This document shows, piece by piece, positions 26,713 through 36,013 of a stretch of 64,000 bases of DNA. The stretch spans positions 5,309,378 to 5,373,377 of the forward strand of contig OY969712.1 of NCBI GenBank assembly GCA_963702105.1, written 5' to 3'. Made by a program: the position numbers and the translations under genes. The DNA comes from an uncultured Gammaproteobacteria bacterium. GTDB lineage: Bacteria > Pseudomonadota > Gammaproteobacteria > Steroidobacterales > Rariloculaceae. Position 1 is the first letter of the stretch. The number at the start of each line of letters is the position of its first letter. The notes below the pieces were generated by a model. It ran no database searches, was not told where the DNA came from, and saw nothing but the letters and a program-made list of their open reading frames with translations.

Positions 26713-26717
26713 CCGAC

Positions 26718-26802
26718 AAAAAAGGGGTCAGAGCCCTTATTCGTGAGACGGCCTCGATCAGCTTTGGCCGCACTGCGCGAAAAAGGGCTCTGACCCCTTT
26801 TT
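26718..26802. terminator. Pair of inverted 20-nt A-tract/GGGG-TCAGAG-CCC/T-tract elements between convergent genes (bidirectional terminator / REP-like repeat)
   Basis: aaaaaaggggtcagagccctt at 26718..26738 and its reverse complement aaaaagggctctgaccccttttt at 26780..26802. The second copy abuts the hpaB-like stop codon. 26777..26803 is identical to 51971..51997. Confidence 0.7.
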
Positions 26803-28316
26803 CAGGCCCGCCACGGTGTGCCCTCGGCCCAGCCGTCGAGATCGTAGTCCGCAAGGCACTGCTCGACGAGCTCGGTGCAGCGGTCGAGCGCGCCCGTGCG
26901 GCGGGCGAACTTCACGGCGTCCATGCGGACCTGCTCGTGGTTGCCGGCGTAGTTGCGCTCGTAAAGTTCGTGGCGACCGCCGAATTCCGTACCGATTGCG
27001 TCCCAGACCAGCTTGTAGAGCTTGACGCGGTCGAGCGCCGAGGCCGCCGTGCCGCGGTAGTAGCGGTCGATGAGCGGGCGCAGGGCCGGGTTCAGCAGGT
27101 CCTCGCGGCCGGACGGGGCGACGATGGGCGCGCCGCCGAGCACGTTCTCGAAGATGCCCTTGACGACGGGCCACGCCGACGTCGAGAAGACGCGCAGCGT
27201 GGCCGCGTAGTCCGCGCGCGGGATCACGGAGCCGCCCGGTCCCGCCTGCGGTTCGGCGGCCATCGCGGTCGTCATCGTCCACAGCAGCGTGCGCCACGCC
27301 ACGACCTCCCCGAGCGCCGCCTGAACACCGCGGAACTGATCCGTGCCGTTCATCTCGAGGCCGCGTGCGAGCAGTCCCGTCATGAAGTCGAGCTTCACGG
27401 CGAGGCGCGTGCCGGCCTGCAGGTTGTAGCGGTTGAAGAACCCGGAAGCCGGATAGAAGGCGTTGGCGCGTTCGACGTCTCTGTAGACGAGGAAGTTCTC
27501 CCAGGGAATGAACGCCTCGTCGAAGATCAGCACGGCGTCGTTCTCGTCGAAGCGGCTCGAGAGCGGGTGATCGAACGGGCTGCGGGCATTCTGCTCGTAG
27601 GACGGGCGGCACAGCAGCCGCGTGCCGGGGGTGTCGAGCGGGGCGAGGAAGACGAGAGCGTAGTCCTCGGCCTTGCCGGCCTCGAGCGCGACGGAGCTGT
27701 TCTGCGCGACGAAGGTCGCGTGCGTGAGCGCCGAACCGGTCGCGAGCATCTTGGCCCCGCTCACGATCGCGCCAGCGTCCGTCTCGCGCACGACGTGCAG
27801 GTAGACGTCGGCGACCTCGTGCACGGGCTTGTTTCGATCCACGGGGGGATTCACGAGCACGTGATTGAGGAACAGCGCCTTCGAGGCATAGCGGCGGTAC
27901 CAGCGGCGGCCGTTCTCGTCGAAGGGCGCGTAGAACTCGGGGTTCGCGCCGAGCGTCGCCATGAACGAGGCCTTGTAGTCCGGCGTGCGGCCCATGAAAC
28001 CGTAGGTCAAGCGCGACCAGTCCGCGATGGCCTCGCGCGCGGCGAGCAGCTCTTCGGCCGAGTAGCTCGGACAGAAGAAGCGGTGCGTGCGAATGCCGAG
28101 CCGATCCACCGTCGTCAGGGTCTCGCGCCGCGCCGGATCGTGCATCGCATCGTACAGGCGCGCGATGGAGCGGGCCGCGTTGCGGAACGCGGAGTGGGAC
28201 GGCAAGTCCCGGATGCGTTCGCCATAGAGGTAAACCTCGCGGCCGTCGCGGAGACTCGCGAGATAGTCGTCACCGGTCATGAGCTCGTCGGTCGGGACAA
28301 GGCGTTCGACGTTCAT
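26802..28316 (-). CDS. HpaB-family flavin-dependent monooxygenase, oxygenase component (4-hydroxyphenylacetate 3-hydroxylase family)
   Basis: 504-aa ORF. N-terminus TGDDYLASLRDGREVYLYGERI, then GRTPDYKASF, NHVLVNPPVDRNKP and other HpaB-type patterns. No flavin reductase gene adjacent. Confidence 0.85.
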   Translation of the reverse strand: MNVERLVPTDELMTGDDYLASLRDGREVYLYGERIRDLPSHSAFRNAARSIARLYDAMHDPARRETLTTVDRLGIRTHRFFCPSYSAEELLAAREAIADWSRLTYGFMGRTPDYKASFMATLGANPEFYAPFDENGRRWYRRYASKALFLNHVLVNPPVDRNKPVHEVADVYLHVVRETDAGAIVSGAKMLATGSALTHATFVAQNSSVALEAGKAEDYALVFLAPLDTPGTRLLCRPSYEQNARSPFDHPLSSRFDENDAVLIFDEAFIPWENFLVYRDVERANAFYPASGFFNRYNLQAGTRLAVKLDFMTGLLARGLEMNGTDQFRGVQAALGEVVAWRTLLWTMTTAMAAEPQAGPGGSVIPRADYAATLRVFSTSAWPVVKGIFENVLGGAPIVAPSGREDLLNPALRPLIDRYYRGTAASALDRVKLYKLVWDAIGTEFGGRHELYERNYAGNHEQVRMDAVKFARRTGALDRCTELVEQCLADYDLDGWAEGTPWRA

Positions 28317-28553
28317 CGCGTGCTCCTCGTGACGGTGGCGCAGCTATTTCACCACGGGTGGACCGCGGGCGTCACCGAGCCGCACGAGCCTCCCGTCCCG
28401 GCTGTTCGTCGAGGGGCCGAATCTCCGATTCTCCCTCGAAGCCCGGCCCGCGTTTGCGCTGGAGTTGCGTGAGCTCGGCGCGGACGCGGACGCGGACGAG
28501 AATTCGACACGCGGACGCCCGGCCGGCTATCTTGGCTCGAACGGAGGGGACTC

Positions 28554-30596
28554 ATGCCCGAACTCATGCAGCGTTTCGAATCCGTCCGGCCATGGCTGGC
28601 CGCCGCGGTAATCGCCGGCCTGATCGGCGCCTGGCCGCCGGCGTCGCGAGCGCAGGCCGGCGTGACAGCCGGCGCGTTTCGCGTCGAGCGCCCAACGCTC
28701 GTTTCGCTCGGCTTCGAGTGGCGCATCGCGGGAGACGAGAACCGCAACGCGACGGTCGAGGTCAGCTACCGGAAGCGCGGCGAGGAGACGTGGCATCGCG
28801 GCTTGCCGATGTTCCGCCTCCAGAACGAGCCCGTGACCGGCGGCTCCGGCCGGCTCAGAAACGGCATGGGCACCTATTACACCTATACCGCGCCGAACAT
28901 GTTCGCGGGCAGCGTGCTGAACCTCGAGCCCGGGACGGCTTACGAGTGCCGCTTCATGCTCGCCGACCCGGACGGCGTCAGCGGCCCGGCCGAGCACACG
29001 GTTACGGTGAGCACGCGCGCGGTTCCGGTTCCGGCCGAGGGCGGGCACGTCTACCACGTCTATCCGGCCGGCTTCAAGGGGCCGAAGCAAGAGCCCGCCT
29101 TCACCGGGCTGCTCGCGGCCTACTTCACGGGTTCGGACGAGTCCGACCACGCCAACGTATTCCCGCCTAGGGTGCAGCCCGGAGACGTGATTCTCGTGCA
29201 CGCGGGCGTCTACAAGGACAGCCGGCTGCACTACGGCGGCTTCGACCCCGAGATCCCGGCTTACGGCACGCCCTTCGACGGCACCTACTACCTGACCCGG
29301 AGCGGCACGCCCGAGAAGCCCATCGTCATCGCCGCCGCCGGCGACGGCGAGGTCGTCTTCGACGGCGACGGCAACCACACGCTGTTCAACCTCCTCGCCG
29401 CAAACTACACGATGTTCGTCGGGATCACGGTCCGCAACACGGATGTCGCGTTTCTGCTCGGCATCAAGCACATCGCGGGGGCGAGCGGCTTTACGCTCGT
29501 CCACTCGAGGATCGAGGACGTCGGGCGCGGCGTGCAGGACGATTGGGCCGGCTCCAAAGATTTTTACATCGCCGACAACGTCTTCCTCGGCCGTCACGAC
29601 CCGACGAAGCTCCTCGGCTGGTATCCCGCGAACGTCTGGAGCCGCTTCCCCGGCTTTCCGCAGCTCATCAACTCCGAATACGCGGTCAAGGTCTACGGCC
29701 AGGGCCACGTCGTCGCCCACAACTACGTCGCGAACTGGCACGACGGCATCGACATCGCGACCTACGGTACGCCCAGCGAAGCCGCGGACGAGGTGCCGGC
29801 CTCGGTCGACTTCTACGGCAACGACTTCTCGAACATCGACGACAACTGCATCGAAGCCGACGGCGGCGCGCACAACATCCGCGTGTTCGAGAACCGCTGC
29901 TTCAACTCGGCGGCGGGCGCGCTGAGCGCGCAGCCGACCTTCGGCGGCCCGGCCTACTTCTTTCGCAACGTCGTCTACAACACGACGTCGGGCGGACCGT
30001 TGAAGCTCTTCGACGGCGGCGCCGGCATACTCGTCTATCAAAACACGTTTTTCGGCCAGGGGGGGTTGCTCGGGCCCGTCTCCAACGTCCACTTCCGCAA
30101 CAACCTGTTCCTCGGAGACGGCTGGGCCGATCCGGTTTTCAATCTGCGTACCTATACGAATTACTCGACTTCGGACTACAACGGCTTCCGGCCGAACCCC
30201 GGCGTCGCGGACGCATTCGAGTGGATCTCCCCCGATTTCGCGAAGAAAGCCGACTATGCGCACGATCTCGTGGTGCGTAAATTCGGCACGCTCGAGGCGT
30301 ACCGGGAGGCGACCGGGCGCGAGCGGCACAGCGTGCTCGTCGACTACGACGTCTTCCGCAACGTGCGAATGCCGGAGAAGTCGGATCCCCAGCGGCTCTA
30401 CGATCCCAAGGACTTCGATTTCCGCCTGCAGCGCGGCTCGGCCGCGGTCGACAAAGGCGAGGTGCTGCCGAACATCACGGACGACATGACGGGCAGCGCG
30501 CCCGATCTCGGCGCGCTCGAGCTCGGCCGGCCCGTGCCGCTCTACGGACCGAGGACCCGGTCGAGCGCTGCGGGATCGGGCGGCTTGGTCAAGTGA
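28554..30596 (+). CDS. Secreted right-handed parallel beta-helix repeat protein with N-terminal Ig/FN3-like module
   Basis: 680-aa ORF. Signal peptide WLAAAVIAGLIGAWPPASRAQA. Repeated beta-helix rungs (ITVRNTD, IADNVFLG, HNYVANWHDGIDI, VFENRCFN, FRNNLFLGDG). Function unknown. Confidence 0.6.
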   Translation: MPELMQRFESVRPWLAAAVIAGLIGAWPPASRAQAGVTAGAFRVERPTLVSLGFEWRIAGDENRNATVEVSYRKRGEETWHRGLPMFRLQNEPVTGGSGRLRNGMGTYYTYTAPNMFAGSVLNLEPGTAYECRFMLADPDGVSGPAEHTVTVSTRAVPVPAEGGHVYHVYPAGFKGPKQEPAFTGLLAAYFTGSDESDHANVFPPRVQPGDVILVHAGVYKDSRLHYGGFDPEIPAYGTPFDGTYYLTRSGTPEKPIVIAAAGDGEVVFDGDGNHTLFNLLAANYTMFVGITVRNTDVAFLLGIKHIAGASGFTLVHSRIEDVGRGVQDDWAGSKDFYIADNVFLGRHDPTKLLGWYPANVWSRFPGFPQLINSEYAVKVYGQGHVVAHNYVANWHDGIDIATYGTPSEAADEVPASVDFYGNDFSNIDDNCIEADGGAHNIRVFENRCFNSAAGALSAQPTFGGPAYFFRNVVYNTTSGGPLKLFDGGAGILVYQNTFFGQGGLLGPVSNVHFRNNLFLGDGWADPVFNLRTYTNYSTSDYNGFRPNPGVADAFEWISPDFAKKADYAHDLVVRKFGTLEAYREATGRERHSVLVDYDVFRNVRMPEKSDPQRLYDPKDFDFRLQRGSAAVDKGEVLPNITDDMTGSAPDLGALELGRPVPLYGPRTRSSAAGSGGLVK

Positions 30597-32513
30597 TGGT
30601 CGAACCCGGCCTCCTCCGCCGCCTTTTTGTCGAACGTCGCGGCCCCAGCCGGTGACTGCGACTATGATCATGTCCTCGGCCCAGGGCTCGCTTCGGAGAC
30701 GGGCGCAGAGCTCGTAGCCGGTCATGCCCGGCATGCCGATGTCGAGCAGGGCGACGTCGGGCTCGACGCGCCGGGCGACCTCGAACGCAGTACTGCCGTC
30801 GTGCGCGATATGCGCCTCGTGGCCGGCCAGCTGCAGCATCAGGGCCAGCGTTTCGGCGGCGTCGGCGTTGTCGTCGGCTACCAGGACCCGCCGGCCCCGT
30901 TTTCTTTCGTCCTTGGTCTGCAGGCTCGGCGAGAGATGCGGCTCGGAAGGCGTCTCGACCACGACGGAACGCGGAAGAATGACTTTGAACGTGCTGCCGC
31001 AACCGGGTCCCCCGCTTTGCACGTCCAGGCGTCCGCCGTGCAATCGGACGAACGCATCCGCGAGGGCAAGGCCGATTCCGAGACCGCCTTGCCCGCGTTC
31101 GTGCGCCGGCTCCGCCTGATAGAACATTTCGAAGACGCGCGCGGCGACTTCGGGTGTCAGCCCGATCCCGTTGTCGCTGACGAAGACGATCAGCGCGTCG
31201 GGCTCGAGCGCCGTGCCCAGCGTGATCGTGCCTTTCGGCTTCGTGTACTTGGCTGCGTTGAGCAGCAGGTTGCTCACGACCTGCGTCATGCGCACGGGAT
31301 CGACGTCGAGCATGAGGAGGGCGGACGGCACATCGAGCTTGAGCGTGTGACCTCGCTCGTTGACGAGGGGGCGGGCTGCTTCGATGGCGTCCTTGAGGAT
31401 CTCCTCGAGGGGCGTCGGTGAATTCTTCAGCGAGAGCTCGGACCGTGTGAGCCGGGAGACGTCGAGCAAATCGTCGAGCAGCGAGGAGATATGCTCCACT
31501 TGCCGCGCGATGATCTCCTTGCAGCGTTTCAGCCCTGCTTCGGCGATTCCGGGCGACATCAGGATTTCGGCGGCCGTGCGGATCGGGGCAAGCGGGTTGC
31601 GCAATTCGTGCGACAACGTCGCGAGGAACACGTCCTTGCGGCGATCGGCTTCGCGGACGGCCTCCTCGGCGCGCCTGTGCTCGGTGATGTCCCTCACGAC
31701 GGAAACCGAGCCGATGATCCTGCCGTTGGCATCACGCACAGGGGCCGCGCTGACCTGGCGGTGACGCAGCTCGCCGCTGCGAGGCGTCAGCACGATCTGC
31801 TCCTCGTTGCGGACGACTTCTCCCTCGAGCGCGCGCAGCGGCGGCGCCTCCGCCAGCGGCCGCGGACTTCCGTCGGGCCTGAGAACCGTAAGGCCGCGGA
31901 TGACGTCCTCGACCTCTCGGCCGTCCACGGAGATATGGCCGAACTCGGCCAAGGCCGCCGGGTTCGCGTAAGTGTAGCGCCCGTTCGTGTCCGCGAAATA
32001 GACTTCGTCGGCGATGCTGCCCAGGACCTGGGCCAGCCACTCTCTCTCGGCCTGTACCGCTTCCAGCAGCCGCCGAACCTCCTGTTCGGCCGCACGGCGC
32101 CGGCTGTCGTCGCGGAACGTGAGCACGACGCCGTCGACGCCCCGGCCGGCGTTACGAAGCCGTTGAGCAGTGAGGTCGAGCGGAAGCTCGCGGCCATCCG
32201 GGAGCACCAGTGCAACGGGCGCGCTCTGCCGGTAGGGCAGCGCACCGGCGGCGAGCACGCGCTCGACGAGGTCCGTTAAAGGCTCGCGGCGTTCGCCCTC
32301 GACGACCGTGAAGGCCCACGTCAACGGCCGCCCAGCGGCGTCTGGGGCGGCGATCCCGAGCAGCGCCTCGGCGGCTTCGTTCATGTAGACGATCCTGCTT
32401 TCGAGGTCCGTGACGATGACGCCTTCGCGAATGCTCGCCATCGCAGCGCGAATCGCTGCGCCGGCGTCCCGCGACACCGAACGGGCTTCGGGACTCGACT
32501 GAATGGATTTCAT
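30541..32513 (-). pseudogene. Hybrid PAS sensor histidine kinase with C-terminal receiver domain, interrupted by a 1-nt frameshift at an A5 run
   Basis: The frame from ATG 32513 gives PAS x3, H-box LATLSHELRNPLAPI, HATPase GGLGIGLALADAFVRLHGG and receiver VLVADDNADAAE, LLDIGMPGMTG, IIVAVTGWG. At T5 30624..30628 (plus strand) the conserved receiver end KAAEEAGFDHHLTKPPDPAALDRVLGP-stop continues in the +1 frame (stop 30541..30543). The uncorrected frame runs open for about 680 more codons, antisense to the beta-helix gene. Confidence 0.8.
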
Positions 32514-32649
32514 GACGGCAGGGTACTCCGGGGGCGCCGGTTTTGCCCGTCTTCCTCCCGCGGGTGACCGCCTGGACGCCGCGCGTCGCCGCGCCGGCCG
32601 CGGCCGCCGGAAGCGCCTTCCGGCGGCCGCTCCGCCGCTCGATTCGCTC

Positions 32650-35600
32650 CTAGAACGTGAGCCTCACGCCGGCGCGGAACCTCCGGCCCAGCGTGTCGAA
32701 GAATACGGGGTTTGTCGGGTAGAAGTTGCCGCCGGGCGCGACGGGCGGAGCCTTGTCGAGCAGGTTGTCGATTGCCCAGAACACCTGCAGCTGGTTGTTC
32801 TCGGTCCGGGGCTTGATGTCGTACGAGCCCGACCAGTCCAGATACGTGCGGCTCGGGACGCTGTTGTCGGTAATCGAGTTCGGCAGCAGATTCGTCGCCG
32901 CGCCCGCGGGACTGTCGAAGTAGAGCGCGTTGAGCTTGCCCGAGCCGATGTAGCGCGCCTCGAGTGTCGTCGTGAAGCGCGGTCTCGAGTAGGTCGCGAA
33001 CACGGTCCCTTGCCAGTCCGGCGAGGTGTTGAAGCCGCCGAAAGACGCGACCGGGCCGCTCTGGCCGTGGAAGTTCTGCGCAGGATTGCCGAGCCCCGTG
33101 TCTACGATGAGGTCGTAGAGGTAGCTCGAGATGACGCGGAAGTTCAGGTTGTCGTTCCCGCTCAGCGGCACCCCGTATCGGGCCTCGAAGTCGATGCCGC
33201 GCGTGAGGAAGGAGCCGATGTTGATCGAGCTCGAGTCGACCGAAACGATGTCGGACGTGCCCGCACCGACGATCGCGTCGCATGCGCGGGCGCCGCCGGC
33301 ATAGCACGCGTCGACGAGCTGCTGAGCGCTGAGGCCGCCGAGGCCGCCCACCGTAATCGCGTCCTTGATCTCGATCTGATACCAGTCGGCCGAAAACTGG
33401 AACCGGTCGAACGTCAGCACCGTGCCGAAGCTGGACGTATCCGCCTTTTCCGGCTTCAAGTCCGGGTTGCCGCCCGCGATGCTCGTATAGGACTCGGGCG
33501 CGTTGTTGTTCCACGGATTGTTGATGCCGGCCGGGAAGGAGCCCGGCACGCCGACCGTCGAGGTTCGCGGCAGGAAGAGCTCGCGGAAGCCCGCCGCGCG
33601 GACGTCGCGCGAACGCGTGGCGCGGAAGCGGAGCCAGCCGAGCGGATCGTAGACCACCGAGGCCTTCCAGCTCGGGAAGTCGTGCGTCTTCGTCTCGCTG
33701 CCGGGCGCGTCGCTCGTCGCCTGGTTGCGGGTCTCGCGCAGCGCGAAGTCCGTTTGGACCTTCTTCGCAATAGGCACGCCGACTTCGCCGTAGACCTCGG
33801 CGACGTTGATCTTGCCGCCTCGGTCGAGTCCCCACGTCAGGAAGTAATCGTTGTACCAGGGCTGGTTGGCGAGATCGTGAGTGGCCTCGTTGCGGTCGTT
33901 GCGCCATTCGAAGCCGAAGGCGCCGGAAATCGGACCCGCGCCCCAGCCCTTGGCCAGATCGGAGCGAAAGTTCGCGCCGACAACGTCCTGGCGGTAGTTG
34001 CCGTCCTCCTTGAGGGTGCGGAACGCATAGTCGAGCGCTGCAGGGTCGGCGTTCTTAACCCCGAAGAAGTCGAGCGGCACACAGCCCGCCGCGAGGGGGT
34101 TGTAGGCAGGCCCTGGCAGGGTCGCGCGACAGACGATCGGGCTCGCGGGATCGGCGGGATCCGCGTGCACGGCGTCGAGCGCCCAGCCGAAGTAGTTGTA
34201 GGTCACGGGTCTGACGGACGGCGGCAACAGGCCGCCGACGACGTTGTGGAACAGACGCTGTTGGTAGTCGCTGCGGCCGTGCTCGTAGTACGCGTCGTAG
34301 TTCCACTTATCCGTGAGGTCGCCTTGGACGGAACGTCACGAACCGAAGCACGTCCGACTGGGTCGTGTTGTCGGCCGAGAGGACGTCCGGCGCGAAGATG
34401 CGCGCGAAGATGCCGCCCGCCGGCAGCTGCGCCTGCTCCGCAGGCGTGAGATACGCGTTGTCGGGCGGGATGACGACTGCGATGGGGCCCAGAGCGCCGT
34501 TTGCCGGGTAGTTCGCCGACTCGCTGTGGGCGTTCGCGAGCTCGAACGATAACTTCAGCGAATCGCTGACGTTGTAGTCCACGTGGCCGAGCACCGAGTA
34601 CCTCTTGGTGTCGGGCCGGATATTCGAGAGGTCGTAGGCGAGCAGGGAGCCGTCGCCGCCGATGCGAGAGAAAGCGCCCCCGAACCGGCCGGGGTCGTAG
34701 GGCGAGAGCTGCGTGCCGTCCGCGTTGAACGTCAGCGGCGCCCCTCCGAAGGGCGTAATGATGCCGTTCTCCGAAGTCGGCAGCTTGGCGTCGGGTGCGA
34801 CGACGTAGTTCGGCAGGCCGTTGCCGACGCCGGCCGGGTTGTTGAAGTCCGGGTTCGTGCCTACGGCCCAGGCGTCCTTGCACCAGTCCCGCGTCTTGGA
34901 GCAGGGCCCGATGCCGGCCTGGTGCTGGTATTCCCCGCCGACGACAAAGTGAATTCGGTCGTTGTCGAAGCCCTTGCCGTAGGCGACGGACACGTGACGA
35001 TCGCTGCCGTCGCTCTGGCCCGTCTCGCCGTAATCGAGTTGCGCTTTGACGCCGTCCAGCGTCTTGTTGAGGATCACGTTGACGACGCCGGCGATCGCAT
35101 CGGAGCCGTAGGCGGCCGAGGCGCCGCCCGTCACGATCTCGGTCCGACCGACGAGCATCGACGGAATCAGCGTGAGGTCGACCGCCCCGCCCTCCGTATT
35201 GGGCACGACGCGCTTCGTATCCACGAGCGTCAGCGTGCGCGTGCCGAAGAAGGGATTGAGCCCACGCAGGTTCGCGAGCTGCGCGCCGACATTGAAGTTC
35301 CCGATGCCGACGTTGGTCTCCGTGAAGAAAGCGGTGTTCTGAGGCATTTGCCGCAGCACGTCGCCGACGTTGACGATGCCGAGGTTCTGGATCTGGCTCG
35401 AGTCCATGACCGACAGCGGCTGCGGCGACTCGAAGCCGCTGCGACCGATGCGCGTGCCGGTCACGGTGATCTCTTCGAGCTGTTGGCGGTTTCCCGACGC
35501 CTGCGCGGGCTGAGCCGGGCCCGCGTTCTGTGCCTGCGCCTGTCGTTGGGCCTGTCCCTGCGCCTGTGTCTGGGATGGCCCTTGCGCTTGAGCGTTTGCC

Positions 35601-35668
35601 GTCCCGATTCCGCCGGCCACGAGCGCCAGTGTCGGGAATAGGAAGTTCGCATACCTCGGAAGGTTCAT
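32650..35668 (-). pseudogene. TonB-dependent outer-membrane receptor split by a single frameshift
   Basis: N-terminal fragment 34307..35668: signal peptide, Gln/Ala-rich linker, plug EEITVTGTRIGRS and GGASAAYGSDAIAGVVNVI. The C-terminal fragment frame is open from 34335 down to 32650 and ends in the TBDR terminus FRAGVRLTF. At the junction, VLRFVTFR in frame 0 is followed by QGDLTDKWNYDAYYEHGRSDYQQ in frame +1 around 34326..34335. Confidence 0.85.
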
Positions 35669-36013
35669 GTCTCCCCCTTCGCGGCGTTCGCCGCGTGGGC
35701 GGTTTGCGCCACATCCGTGTATGCGCCGAGCCGAAGTCCCTACGAAGGCCGCGAATTCCAGTCGCGGCAAAGATACGTTGGCACTTTCCTCGGCTCCCGA
35801 CAAGGGGGTCGCCGTTGCCTGTTAGCAACATTACGGGCTCGGCGGCCTCGAGGGGCGGACCTCGACCGGAGGCCGGGCTCTCATGCCGCGGCGCGTGCGC
35901 CCGGCGTTTCTCCTGCACCGGCGGCTCTCGAAGCGGCGATTTGGCCGGTGTCCGTTCGTCGAGTACGATGACGGGCCTACCCGGGCGCCCTCTCGAGGAG
36001 CGGAGGTTTTCGG

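Noticed and set aside
25983-28472. 829-aa plus-strand ORF
   Set aside because: It spans the helicase 3' end out of frame, the terminator repeats, and the antisense of the HpaB-family gene. It is a shadow ORF.
28527-30540. 3' two-thirds of the 1328-aa ORF 28527..32513
   Set aside because: This is read-through after the frameshift in the hybrid kinase. The translation becomes Arg/Val/Asp-rich nonsense and is exactly antisense to the well-supported beta-helix gene. The true receiver-domain end is in the +1 frame and stops at 30541.
30624-30628. Programmed ribosomal frameshifting at the A5 run in the hybrid kinase
   Set aside because: The required shift is +1, not -1. There is no X-XXY-YYZ heptamer, no in-frame stop or rare codon to stimulate a +1 shift, and no obvious downstream structure. 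An indel (error or mutation) is more parsimonious.
32503-34449. 648-aa plus-strand ORF
   Set aside because: It is antisense to the C-terminal half of the TonB-dependent receptor and has no motifs.
35669-36013. Possible cobalamin or other riboswitch in the 345-bp region upstream of the TonB-dependent receptor
   Set aside because: I read the minus strand for a B12 box and for conserved GGTGC/GCCACTG-type elements and found none. Only generic hairpins such as gttgc-taacag-gcaac are present. An Infernal scan would be needed to exclude other classes.
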